Shown here piece after piece: positions 23,415 to 34,544 of a stretch of DNA of 64,000 nt. The stretch comes from Squalus acanthias. Lineage: Eukaryota. Position 1 is the first letter of the stretch. Every line of letters begins with the position of its first letter. A program made the position numbers and the translations under genes. A model generated the notes under the pieces. That model had not been told where the DNA came from. It searched no databases and saw only the letters and a program-made list of their open reading frames with translations. The stretch is from contig CM059431.1 in the NCBI GenBank assembly GCA_030390025.1, forward strand, positions 147,314,001-147,378,000. The letters run 5' to 3'.

Positions 23415-25686
23415 CTCCCTGTCTCTGTAACCTCCTCCAGCCCTACAACCCTCCCTATCTCTGTAACCTCCTCCAGCCCCTAAAACCCTCCTTATCTCTG
23501 TAACCTCCTCCATGCCCTATAACACTCCCTATCTATGTAACCACCTCCAGTCCGACAACACTCCCTATCTCTGTAACCTCCTCCAGCCCTACAACCCTCC
23601 CTCTCTCTGTAACCTCATCAAGCCCCTACAACCCTCCCGATCTCTGTAACCTCCTCTAGCCCTACAACCCTCCCTGTCTCTGTAACCTCCTCCAGCCCTA
23701 CAACCCTCCCTAGCTCTGTAACCTCCTCCAGCCCCTACAACACTCCCTAGCTCTGTAACCACATCCAGCCACTACAACACTCCCTAGCTCTGTAACCACA
23801 TCCAGCCCCTACAACCCTCCCTATCTCTGTAACCTCCTCCAGCACTACAACCCTCCCTATCTCTGTAACCTCCTCCAGCACCTACAACCCTCCCTATCTC
23901 TGTAACTTCCTCCAGCCCGACAACCCTCCCTATCTCTGTAACCTCATCCAGCCCTGCAACCCTCCCTATCTCTGTAACCTCCTCTAGACCTGCAACCCTC
24001 CCTATCTCTGTAATCTCCTCCAGCCCGACAAACCTTCCTTTCACTGTAACCACCTCCAGCCCCTACAACCATCTTTATCTCTGTAACCACATCCAGCCCC
24101 TACAACCCTCCCTATCTCTGTAACCTCCTCCAGCACTACAACCCTCCCTATCTCTGTAACCTCCTCCAGCACCTACAACCCTCCCTATCTCTGTAAACAC
24201 CTCCAGCCCCTACATGCCTCCCTATCTCTGTAACCTCCTCCAGCCCTACAACCCACCCTATCTCTGTAACCTCCTCTAGCCCCTACAAACCTCCCTCTCT
24301 CTGTAACCTCATCAAGCCCCTACAACCCTCCCGATCTCTGTAACCTCCTCTAGCCCTTGATCAGGGAGTCGGATGCAGCATTTCCAAATTTGCAGACGAC
24401 ACTAAACTAGGAGGGGCGGTGGGCTCAGAGGAGGAGACCAGGAAGCTCCAGAGCGATTTGGACAGACTGGGTGATTGGGCGGATAAATGGCAGATGCACT
24501 ATAATGTGGACAAGTGCGAAGTTATCCACCTTGGGTGCAGGAACGGGAGGGCAAATTATTATTTAAATGGCAATAAATTGGGAGAGGGGGAAGTACAGAG
24601 AGACCTGGGTGTTCATGTACACCAGTCACTGAAGGCGAGCATGCAGGTGCAACAGGCGGTCAAGAAGGCAAACGGTATGCTGGCCTTCATAGCAAAATGG
24701 TTGGAATACAGGAACAGGGATACCTTGCTGCAGCTGTACAGGGCACTGGTGAGACCACACCTCGAGTACTGTGTACAGTTTTGGTCACCTCATCTGAGGA
24801 AAGATGTTCTTGCCATGGAGGGGGTGCAGCGGCGATTCACCAGGCTGATACCAGGAATGGCGGGATTGACCTATGAGGAGAGACTATGTCGTTTAGGGAT
24901 GTACACACTGGAGTTTAGAAGATTGAGAGGGGACCTCACAGAAGTGTATAAAATTCTGACAGGTCTAGACAGACTAGATGCAGAAGGAATGTTTCCCTTG
25001 GCGGGTGAGAACAGAACTAGAGGACATAATTTAAGGATAAGGGCTAAACCATTTAGGACAGAAATGAGGGGGAATTTCTTCACTCAGAGGGTGGTGAACC
25101 TGTGGAACTCATTGCCACAGAGGGCAGTGTACGCCAGCTCATTAAATATATTTAAGAGGGAATTAGATATATTTCTACAGGCAAAAGGGGTTAAGGATTA
25201 CGGAGAGAAGGCGGGGACGGGATACTGAATTGGAGGATCAGCCATGATCTCATTAAATGGCGGAGCAGGCTCGAAGGGCCGGATGGCCTACTCCTGCTAC
25301 TATCTTCTATGTATCTATGTATCTATGTATCTCTGAAACCTCCTCCAGCCCCACAACCCTCCCTATCTCTGTAAACTCCTCCAGACCCTACATGCCTCCC
25401 TGACTCTGTTACCTCCTCCAGCACCTACAACCCTCCCTATCTCTATAACCTCCTCCAGCCCTACAACCCTCCCTATCTCTGTCACCTCCTCCAGCCCCAA
25501 AAACCCTCCTTATCTCTGAAAACTTCTCCAGACCCTACAACCCTCCCGATCTCTGTAACTTCCTCCAGCCCTACAACACTCCCTATCTCTAACATCCTCC
25601 AGCCCCTACAACACTCCCTATCTCTGTAACCTCCTCGAGCCCTACAACCCTCCCTCTCTCTGTAACCTCATCAAGCCCCTACAACC
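23415..25686. repeat. 36/37-bp minisatellite in opposite orientation (CCTCCCTATCTCTGTAACCTCCTCCAGCCCTACAAC)n, interrupted by CR1 and ending at the gap
   Basis: Reverse complement of the 9330-15570 unit. Confidence 0.93.
24358..25330 (+). mobile_element. 5'-truncated CR1 LINE with uninterrupted ORF2 C-terminus
   Basis: SKFADDTKLGG then ORF 24419-25228 open to the native-looking stop; (TATCTATG)n tail. Confidence 0.95.
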
Positions 25687-26186
25687 NNNNNNNNNNNNNN
25701 NNNNNNNNNNNNNNNNNNNNNNNNNNNNNNNNNNNNNNNNNNNNNNNNNNNNNNNNNNNNNNNNNNNNNNNNNNNNNNNNNNNNNNNNNNNNNNNNNNNN
25801 NNNNNNNNNNNNNNNNNNNNNNNNNNNNNNNNNNNNNNNNNNNNNNNNNNNNNNNNNNNNNNNNNNNNNNNNNNNNNNNNNNNNNNNNNNNNNNNNNNNN
25901 NNNNNNNNNNNNNNNNNNNNNNNNNNNNNNNNNNNNNNNNNNNNNNNNNNNNNNNNNNNNNNNNNNNNNNNNNNNNNNNNNNNNNNNNNNNNNNNNNNNN
26001 NNNNNNNNNNNNNNNNNNNNNNNNNNNNNNNNNNNNNNNNNNNNNNNNNNNNNNNNNNNNNNNNNNNNNNNNNNNNNNNNNNNNNNNNNNNNNNNNNNNN
26101 NNNNNNNNNNNNNNNNNNNNNNNNNNNNNNNNNNNNNNNNNNNNNNNNNNNNNNNNNNNNNNNNNNNNNNNNNNNNNNNNNNNNNN
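25687..26186. other. Assembly gap (500 N)
   Basis: Run of N; round length suggests a scaffolding placeholder. Confidence 0.99.
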
Positions 26187-26352
26187 TGCTCCAAGTGTGA
26201 TATGGAGACCAGAACTGTGCACAGTAACTCCAAGTGTGATATGGAGACGAGAACTGTGCACAGTAACTCCAAGTGTGATATGGAGACGAGAACTGTGCAC
26301 AGTGCTCCAAGTGTGATATGGAGACCAGGACTGTGCACAGTGCTCCAAGTGC
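26187..26352. repeat. 38-bp CR1-derived minisatellite
   Basis: Same unit as 7900-8331, opposite strand. Confidence 0.93.
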
Positions 26353-26618
26353 GATCTAAACAAGGTTCAGTATGTTTGCATGTTGACTGTGAGAAGTTGT
26401 TTAAAGTGGAGAGGACGATGAGACAGAACGCATTTATCCATTGCCCACAGAACATTCAGATGTGTCAGAAGCGAGGTGGAAAGTTTAAGAGAGGAGGAAG
26501 TGGTTTGACTTCGTCCCGTGGATTACAGTAATTCAGCTGAGCGACTAATTTCTTGCAGAGTGTACCTGATTGTGAAGACAAGTTGGTTTATTGCTGAAAT
26601 CCATGTGTTGAAGTAAAG

Positions 26619-26655
26619 ATGGAGTGGCTGTTTCACATTCTGTTCCTGACGTCCT
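26619..26655 (+). pseudogene. Orphan ART signal-peptide exon (MEWLFHILFLTS, phase-1 donor GTGAGT)
   Basis: Near-identical to 34545-34581 and 62674-62710 with the same flanks, but its intron is cut off at ~27800 and no catalytic exon of its own follows. Confidence 0.75.
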
Positions 26656-26744
26656 GTGAGTACCACATCGCTGACTTCAATTCCCCAAACCCTTTGTCCT
26701 CTCCTGCTACATATCTTCCTCATCAATGACTTTCTTTCCTACCT

Positions 26745-27800
26745 GTCAGTCGTGGCTCAGTGGGTCTCAGTCTCTCTCTCTCTCGCCTCTGAGTCAGACG
26801 GTCGTGGGTTCCAGATTCTCCACTCCAGAGACTCGAGCCCCATAATCCCAGGCTGACACTCCCTGGTTGCCCAGTACTGAGGGAGCGCCGCACTGTCGGC
26901 GGGGCAGTACTGAGGGAGCACTGCACTGTCGGAGGGGCAGTACTGAGGGAATGCGCCACACTGTCGGAGGGGCAGTACTGAGGGTGCACTGCACTGTCGG
27001 AGGGGCAGTACTGAGGGAGCGCTGCACTGTTGGAGGGTCAGTACTGAGGGAGTGCTGCACTGTCGGAGGGTCAGTACTGAGGGAGTGCTGCACTGTCGGA
27101 GGGGCAGAACTGAGGGAGCGCTGCACTGTCGGAGGAGGAGTACTGAGGGAGCGCCGCACTGTCGGCGGGTCAGTACTGAGGGAGCGCCGCACTGTCGGAG
27201 GGGCAGTACTGAGGGAGCGCAGCACTATCGGAGGGGCAGTATTCATTGAGCGGTGCACTGTCGGGGGGGCAGTACTGCGTGAGCGCTGCACTGTTGAACG
27301 GGCAGTACTGAGGGAGCGCTGCACTGTCGGAGATGCAGTACTGAGGGAGCGCTGCACTGTCGGAGGGGCAGTACTGAGGGAGCGCTGCACTGTCGGAGAG
27401 GCAGTACTGAGGGAGCGCTGCACTGTCGGAGGGGCAGTACTGAGGGAGCGCTGCACTGTCGGAGGGGCGGTACTGAGGGAGCGCTGCACTGTCGGAGGGG
27501 CAGTACTGAGGGAGCGCTGCATTGTCAGAGGGGCAGTACTTGAGGGAGTGCTACACTGTCAGAGGGGCAGTACTGAGGGAGCGCTGCACTGTCGGGGGGC
27601 AGTACTGAGGGAGCGCTGCACTGTCGGAGGGGCAGCACTGAGTGAGCGCCGCACTGTCGGAGGGCCAGTACTGAGCGAGTGCTGCACTGTCGGAGGGGCC
27701 GTACTCTGGGAGCGCTGCACTGTCAGCTGGGCAGCACTGAGTGAGCGCCGCACTGTCGGATGATACATTAAACCGAGGCCCCGACTGTCCTCTCAGGTTA
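26745..27800 (+). mobile_element. Deu-type SINE 5' half with internal 33-bp array expanded to ~0.9 kb
   Basis: Head GTCAGTCGTGGCTCAGTGGG; array 26872-27760; truncated after CTCTCAGGT. Confidence 0.85.
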
Positions 27801-27819
27801 ATACACTTCAAATGTGTCC

Positions 27820-28655
27820 GAGGCCCAACTGTCTTCAGCTGCTTCATCAATGACCTTCACTCGAACATAAGGTCAGAAATGGGGATGTTCGCTGATGACT
27901 GCAGTTTTCAGCGCCATTCACAACTCCTCAGATAATGAAGCAATCCATGCCCGCATGCAACAAGACCTGGACGACGTTCAGGTTTGGGCTGATAAGTGGC
28001 AGCTAATCTTCGTGCCACAGAAGTGCCAGGCAATGACTATCGCCAACAAGCGAGAGTCTAACCACCTCCCCTTGAAATTCAACGACATTACCATCGCCGA
28101 ATCCCCCACTGTAAATATCCTGGGGGTCACCATTGACCAGAAACTGAACTGGAACAGCCACATAAATACTGTGGCAACAAGAGCAGGTCAGAGGCTGGGT
28201 ATTCTGCGGCGAGTGTCGCACCTCCTGACTCCCCAAAGCCTTTCCACCATCTACAAGGCACAAGTCAGGAGTGTGATGGAATACTCTCCACTTACCTGGA
28301 TGAGTGCAGCTCCAACAACACTCAAGAAGCTTGACACCATCCAGGACAAAGTAGCCCTCTTGATTGGCACCCCATCCACCACCTTAAACATTCACTCCCT
28401 CCACCACCGGCGCATCGTGGCTGCAGTGTGTACCATCTACAAGATGCACTGCAGCAACTCGCCAAGGCTTCTTCAGAAGCACCTCCCAAACCCGCGACCT
28501 CTTCCACCTAGAAGGACAAGGGCAGCAGGCACATGGGAACACCACCACCTCCAAGTTCCCCTCCAAGTCACACACCATCCTGACTTAGAAGTATATCTCC
28601 GATCCTTCATCGTCACTGGGTCAAAATCCTGGAACTCCTTCCCGACAAGCAGTGT
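27820..28655 (+). mobile_element. CR1/L2-group LINE (second family), RT C-terminal part; its 3' end resumes at ~33512-33650
   Basis: FADDC, WADKWQ, LGVTIDQKLNWNSHI, YKAQVRSVMEY; tail GGGCAATAAAT...CCCACATCCC plus A-run at 33590-33649. Confidence 0.88.
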
Positions 28656-28943
28656 TTTTTGCATTCGTTTGTGGGATGTGGGCGTCGCTGGCAAGGCCAG
28701 CATTTATTGCCCATCCCTAGTTGCCCTTGAGAAGGTGGTGGTGAGCCGCCTTCTTGAACTGCTGTAGTCCGTGTGTTGAAGGTACTCCAACTGTGCTGTT
28801 AGGGAGGGAGTTCCAGGATTTTGAACCAGCGACGATGAAGGAACGGCCGATATACTTCTAAGTCAGGATGGTGTGTGACTTGGTGATGGTGGTGTTCCCA
28901 TGCGCCTGCTGCCCTTGTCCTTCTAGGTGGAAGAGGTTGCGGG

Positions 28944-31900
28944 TGTCATAAATCGCAAGTAACAACTCAGGAAGTACTACTGGGCGGCCAGCTGGGGCGC
29001 CGTCCAGGGAGTATAAATACTCAGGCATGGGCCCACCTTGGGCAGAGACAATCTGGAAACAGGAAGCTAGTGACTGCTAACTAGACCTCCATGTTTTGTT
29101 ACAAGTTGATTAAAGCCTTGCTTTATGTTCAAGTGCGTAGTGAGTCTTTATTACGTCAATTTAATCAACTTGATATCGTCTCCACGCTTTGGGTGATTCG
29201 GAACAACCAGCTGCAACTCGAACCACAGAAGGGAACTTGGGCAAGAAACTGATCCATCATGGAAAAACTCCTTAGACCCGCTCGTCTCGACCTGGACCCG
29301 AATGCACCTGCGGCAGCAAAGGTATGGAAGCATTGGTTTCGTACCTTTAGCAACTTTCTTGAAGAATGTGGGGCGGATGTCCCTAATAAGTTACGAATGC
29401 TTATCAACTACGTGTCTCCTCATGTGTATGATTATATTGAGGACTGTATAGACTATGACACTGCTATCGAAATCTTACAGCAGCTATTTGTCAAGTCCCC
29501 AAATGAAATCTTTGCTCGACACCTACTGGCCACAACTCGGCAGCAGCCTTGGGAATCACTCGATGAATTTCTCCAGAAACTTCGCAGGCTCAGCAAGGAT
29601 TGTAACCTTAAAGCAGTTTCAGCTGAACAGTATCAAGAGGAACTAATCCGCGATTCCTTTATCAATGGAATCGCGTCCCCTTTTATACGTCAGCGCCTGC
29701 TGGAAAATAAAACCCTCAATTTACGGGCTGCTTATGACCAGGCGTGTTCCTTGGACTTGGCCAAGAAAAATGCAGACACTTATCTCCCACCACGTGCACG
29801 GGCGGCGGCTATCTCCTTTAATGAGTCTTTCGGTAGGTCTCGGGCGGATGCCCCCACTGATGCTGACTCTACTCTAACGGACGACGACCCTACCCTAGAG
29901 GCCTTCGCTGATGACGACCCCGCCCTAGCAGCATCCTGGCAATCAGGAAGAAAGTGTTTCTTTTGTGGAGGGGCGTGCCATCACAGAAAATTTTGCCCGG
30001 CTCGTAATGTGACCTGCAATCATTGCAGCAAGAAAGGACACTTTTCCAAGGTATGCCAGTCACGGGCCTTTGCTAACAAGAAAGGCCGCTCCTCTAAAGT
30101 ATACCAGTCGAGAGCTCCTGTTAGCTTCACAGCTGCTATCTATGGAGCTGCTCCTCCCCCAAGAACTACTGTTAAGGCTACAGTTGCCGAAGGGAAAATT
30201 GCCCCTCCTCCCATCACGGCTGTTTTTCCCCAAAGTTTGTCCCATGCAGCCACGAAGGTTTCAGTAAATGGGCACACTCTAAGCGCGCTAATCGACTCCT
30301 GCAGCTCTGACAGCTTCATTCGTAAGCGGGCTGTCAACAGGTAAAAACTGCACATTTATCCCTCGGACAGGGAGATTGCAATGGCTCTGACGACTCTGAC
30401 CACCAATTCTTCTGGCTTCTGTCTGGTCAACCTCATCCTCAACGGCCGCACGTATCTCTCCACGCGGCTCGGAGTACTCGCAAACTTATGCAGGGATGTG
30501 CTTCTGGGACAGGACTTCCAGAAGCAGCACAAGAAGATCACTTTTGAGTTTGGAGGGTCAAGGCCGGAGCTTACCATTTCTAAGGTGCCGTTTTGTGCAC
30601 TCTCGGCGGCCTTACTCGGTGAACCCTCCCTGTTTGCCAATCTTCCCCCCCGCTGTCAACCCATAGCCACCAAATCGCGGCGCTTTAGTCAAGACGATCG
30701 AGCGTTTATTGAGGCGGAAATCTCTCGCCTTTTAGTCGACGGTATTATCGAGCCATGTTCATCTCCCTGGCGGGCTCAGGTCGTCATCGTGAGGAATGCC
30801 TTAAAACAACATAAAAAACGTCTGTGTATTGATTATTCGCAGACTATTAATCTATATACCGATCTGGATGCCTACCCGCTGCCACGCATAGATGACATGG
30901 TCAACAACCTTGCCAAATACAAGGTATTCTCGACCTTCGATATAAAAAGCGCGTACCATCAGGTGCCACTGCAAGACTCCGACAAGAAGTATACGGCCTT
31001 TGAGGCCAATGGTCGGCTTTTCCAGTTTCGCCGCCTTCCATTCGGGGTCACCAATGGGGTGGCCGTCTTCCAACGGGCCATGGATGGCCTAGCCAGCAAG
31101 AGAACTTGACGGATACCTTTCCGTATTTAGACAATATCACTATTGCCGGCCATGATCAAAAGGAGCATGACGCCAATCTTCAGCGATTTTTTGACGTACT
31201 CCCCCGTCGCCACTTAACGTTAAACGAATCCAAATCGGTGAAGTCGGTGCCATCAGTTTACATTCTTGGCTACTGGGTGGGCAACGGTGTTATTAAACCG
31301 GACCCAGAGCGACTTCGTCCACTTCAGGAGCTCCCTCCCCCGACGAACCTCGGCTCTCTTCGTCGGGCACTTGGCATGTTTGCTTATTACGCAAAATGGA
31401 TACCACACTTCTCCGATAAAATACAGCCCCTGCTCCATGCGAAGTCTTTTCCATTGGAAGCTACGGCTATTTCTGCCTTCAACCTCCTCAAACGACAGCT
31501 GGAGAAAGCCACGCTTCGCTCCATTGACGAAAATCTTCCTTTTGTGGTCGAATGCGATGCATCGGAGGTGGCGATCTCCGCTACCTTGAATCAAGGTGGC
31601 CGACCCGTGGCATTCCTATCCAGAACCTTGCAGGGTAGCGAGCTCCATTACCCCCCCATCGAGAAGGAGGCTACGGCCATCATCGAGGCTGTACGCCAAT
31701 GGGGTCATTTTCTTGCTCGGCGTCATTTTACGCTTATAACTGACCAGCGCTCTGTGGCCTTCATGTTGGAAAACCGGAGGCGCACGAAAATCAAAAATAA
31801 TAAAATTCAACTCTGGAGGATGGAGCTGGCTGCCTTCGGATATACTATCTGTTACCGACCCGGCAAACAGAACGTGGCCCCAGATACCTTCACACGGGCA

Positions 31901-33450
31901 TTTTGCTTCTCAATGTCAACGTCGACTCTGGCGGATTTGCATATGGACTTATGCCATCCTGGTGTGACCCGCATGTTGCACTTTGTGCGCTCCAAAAATC
32001 TACCATTTTCAACCGAGGACGTAAAGAAAACATGCTCCTCCTGTAGGATTTGTGCAGAATTGAAACCACAATTCTTTCGCCCATCAGATGGCTTACTCAT
32101 ACATGCAATGCAGCCTATGCAGAGGCTCAGCATAGACTTTAAAGGGCCATTGCCATCGTCGACAAGGAACACCTGCCTACTTACGATGGTGGACGAGTAT
32201 TCACGCTTTCCCTTCGCCTTCCCCTGCCCTAATATGCTTACCTCTACGGTAATTAAATGCCTCGATCAGGTCTTTTCCCTTTGCGGGACGGCCAATTTTA
32301 TCCACACTGATCGGGGTCCCTCCTTTATGTCGAGTGAACTTAAAAGTTATCTCTCCCAACGGGGAATCGCCTCAAGTAGGACGACACCATATCACCCAAT
32401 CGGTAACGGACAGGTTGAACGATACAATGCCATCATCTGGAACGCTGTCCGTCTGGCACTAAGGTCACGCAACCTGCCGGACCAGCAGTGGGAAACGGTG
32501 CTCCCCGACGCGTTACACTCTATCAGGTCTCTTCTCTCCACATCTACTAATGTCACGCCTCATGAGCGATTCTTCAAATTCCGGCGTCGCTCTACACATG
32601 GGACGTCTCTACCGTCATGGTTGGTGGCTCCAGGCCCGGTACTACTCCGGAGGTTCGTCCGATCTGCCAAAAACGACCCTCTCGTTGACGAGGTGGAGTT
32701 AACGGAGGTAAACCCCACGTATGCGCACGTATGGTACCCTGATGGCCGGGAGACCACCGTCTCGCTCCGAGATCTGGCTCCCTGCCCAACCGGTCACACA
32801 GGCCCGAATGATGAAGGATCCCCCGACAATGATATCAACACTCCGCACCCCTATGAAAATGACGCCCCGCCTGGGACATCGGGGGATCTGCCGGCAACGC
32901 TACCGGATCCACTCAGGGAGCTGGACGCTCCCCGTAGGATGGCCACCCGAAACCAGGACGCCGGACAATCTCCAGCCACGACCCGGATGAGGCCAGCTCA
33001 GCACCTGTGGGGACCCGCTCCCGGAGTCATGATATTCCCAGTCCTCCACAGGATGATCAAGATGACGCGGACTCTACTGACTTACCGGTACGGGCCAAGC
33101 GACCCAGGGACCAGGACACGGTCCGGGGAGACGTGCCTTCCAGTCACAAGCAGAGAGCTAAACGTCTGCGGCTATATCTGGTCCGCCTAGTCCGTTAAAG
33201 GAAGACTGGACTTCCAAACCTTTTCGGGAGGAAGAATGTCATAAATCGCAAGTAACAACTCAGGAAGTACTACTGGGCGGCCAGCTGGGGCGCCGTCCAG
33301 GGAGTATAAATACTCAGGCATGGGCCCACCTTGGGCAGAGACAATCTGGAAACAGGAAGCGAGTGACTGCTAACTAGACTCCATGTTTTGTTACAAGTTG
33401 ATTAAAGCCTTGCTTTATGTTCAAGTGCGTAGTGAGTCTTTATTACGTCA
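28944..33450 (+). mobile_element. Full-length Ty3/Gypsy LTR retrotransposon (Mag-like Gag), LTRs 28944-29158 and 33237-33450
   Basis: TG...CA LTRs differing by one substitution and one indel on my reading; 5-bp TSD GCGGG (28939-28943, 33451-33455); PPT GGGAGGAAGAA at 33226-33236. Confidence 0.97.
29259..33190 (+). pseudogene. Gypsy gag-pol (two CCHC knuckles, protease LIDSCS, RT, RNase H, integrase HHCC/DDE), disrupted
   Basis: In-frame TAA at 30342-30344 between same-frame ORFs 29259 and 30381; frameshift near 31100; domain order PR-RT-RH-IN. Confidence 0.92.
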
Positions 33451-34045
33451 GCGGGTTTGGGAGGTGCTGCCGAAGAAGCCTTGGCGAGTTGCTGCAGTGC
33501 ATCTTGTAGATGTGGGATACCTTCACCACACGGACTGCAGCGGTTTAAGAAGGCGCCTCACCACCACCTTCTCAAGGGCAACTAGGGATGGGCAATAAAT
33601 TCTGGCCTTGCCAGCGACGCCCACATCCCATAAGCGAATTAAAAAAAAATTGGCTGTATAGTGCTTTGGGACGTCTGGTGGTCGTGAAAGGCGCTATATG
33701 AATGCCAGTCTCTTTTTTTACTATTGCAGAGAAGATCAGGGGAGAGTTCTCTCGGTGTCCTGGGGCCAATATTAATCCCTCAAACAACATCACTACAACA
33801 GATGATCTGGTCATTATCACATTGGGATCTTGCTGTGCGCAAATTGGTTTCCGTGTTTCCTACACTACAACACTTCAAAAACAAAGCACTTCATTGGCCG
33901 TGAAGCGCTTTGGGACGTGCCGGGGGAGGTGAAAGGCGCTGTAGAAATGCAAAAGTCTTTCCATGAAGGGAAATGTGTGACCCAATCTGCTCACAGCAAG
34001 CTCCCCTCCCAAACTGGGCTGGAGGCAGGCTGAGCCAAGATCAAA

Positions 34046-34277
34046 GTGTGATCTGGAGACCAGAACTGTGCACAGTGCTCCAAGTGTGATCTGGAGACCA
34101 GAACTGTGCACAGTAACTCCAAGTGAGATATGTAGACCAGAACTGTGCACAGTACTCCAAGTGTGATATGGAGACCAGAACTGTGCACAGTGCTCCAAGT
34201 GTGATATGGAGACCAGAACTGTGCACATTATTCCAAGTGTGATATGGAGACCGGAATTGTGCATGGTACTCCAAGTG
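34046..34277. repeat. 38-bp CR1-derived minisatellite upstream of ART copy B
   Basis: Unit read directly. Confidence 0.92.
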
Positions 34278-34544
34278 CGGTCTAAATAAGGTTCAGTATG
34301 TTTGCATGTTGACAGTGAGAAGTTGTTTAAAGTGGAGAGGACGATGAGACAGAACGCATTTATTCATTGCCCACAGACCATTCAGATGTGTGAGGTGCAA
34401 GGTGGAAAGTTTAAGAGAGGAGGAAGTGGTTTCACTTTGTCACGTGGATTATATTAATTCAGCTGAGCGACTAATTTCTTGCAGAGTGTACGTGATTGTG
34501 AAGACAAGTTGGTTTATTGCCGAAATCCTTGCGTTGAAGTAAAG

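Larger units (their letters stand above)
28657..33511 (-). mobile_element. Inverted 3' fragment of the same LINE family, nested in the first copy and split by the Gypsy element (pieces 28657-28943 and 33451-33511)
   Basis: The pieces are reverse-complement matches to 28435-28650 and to the 33520-33640 tail. Confidence 0.8.

Noticed and set aside
30342..30344. Programmed gag-pol readthrough
   Set aside because: The TAA lies inside the protease region after the catalytic motif; more likely a nonsense mutation, though not checked against sister copies
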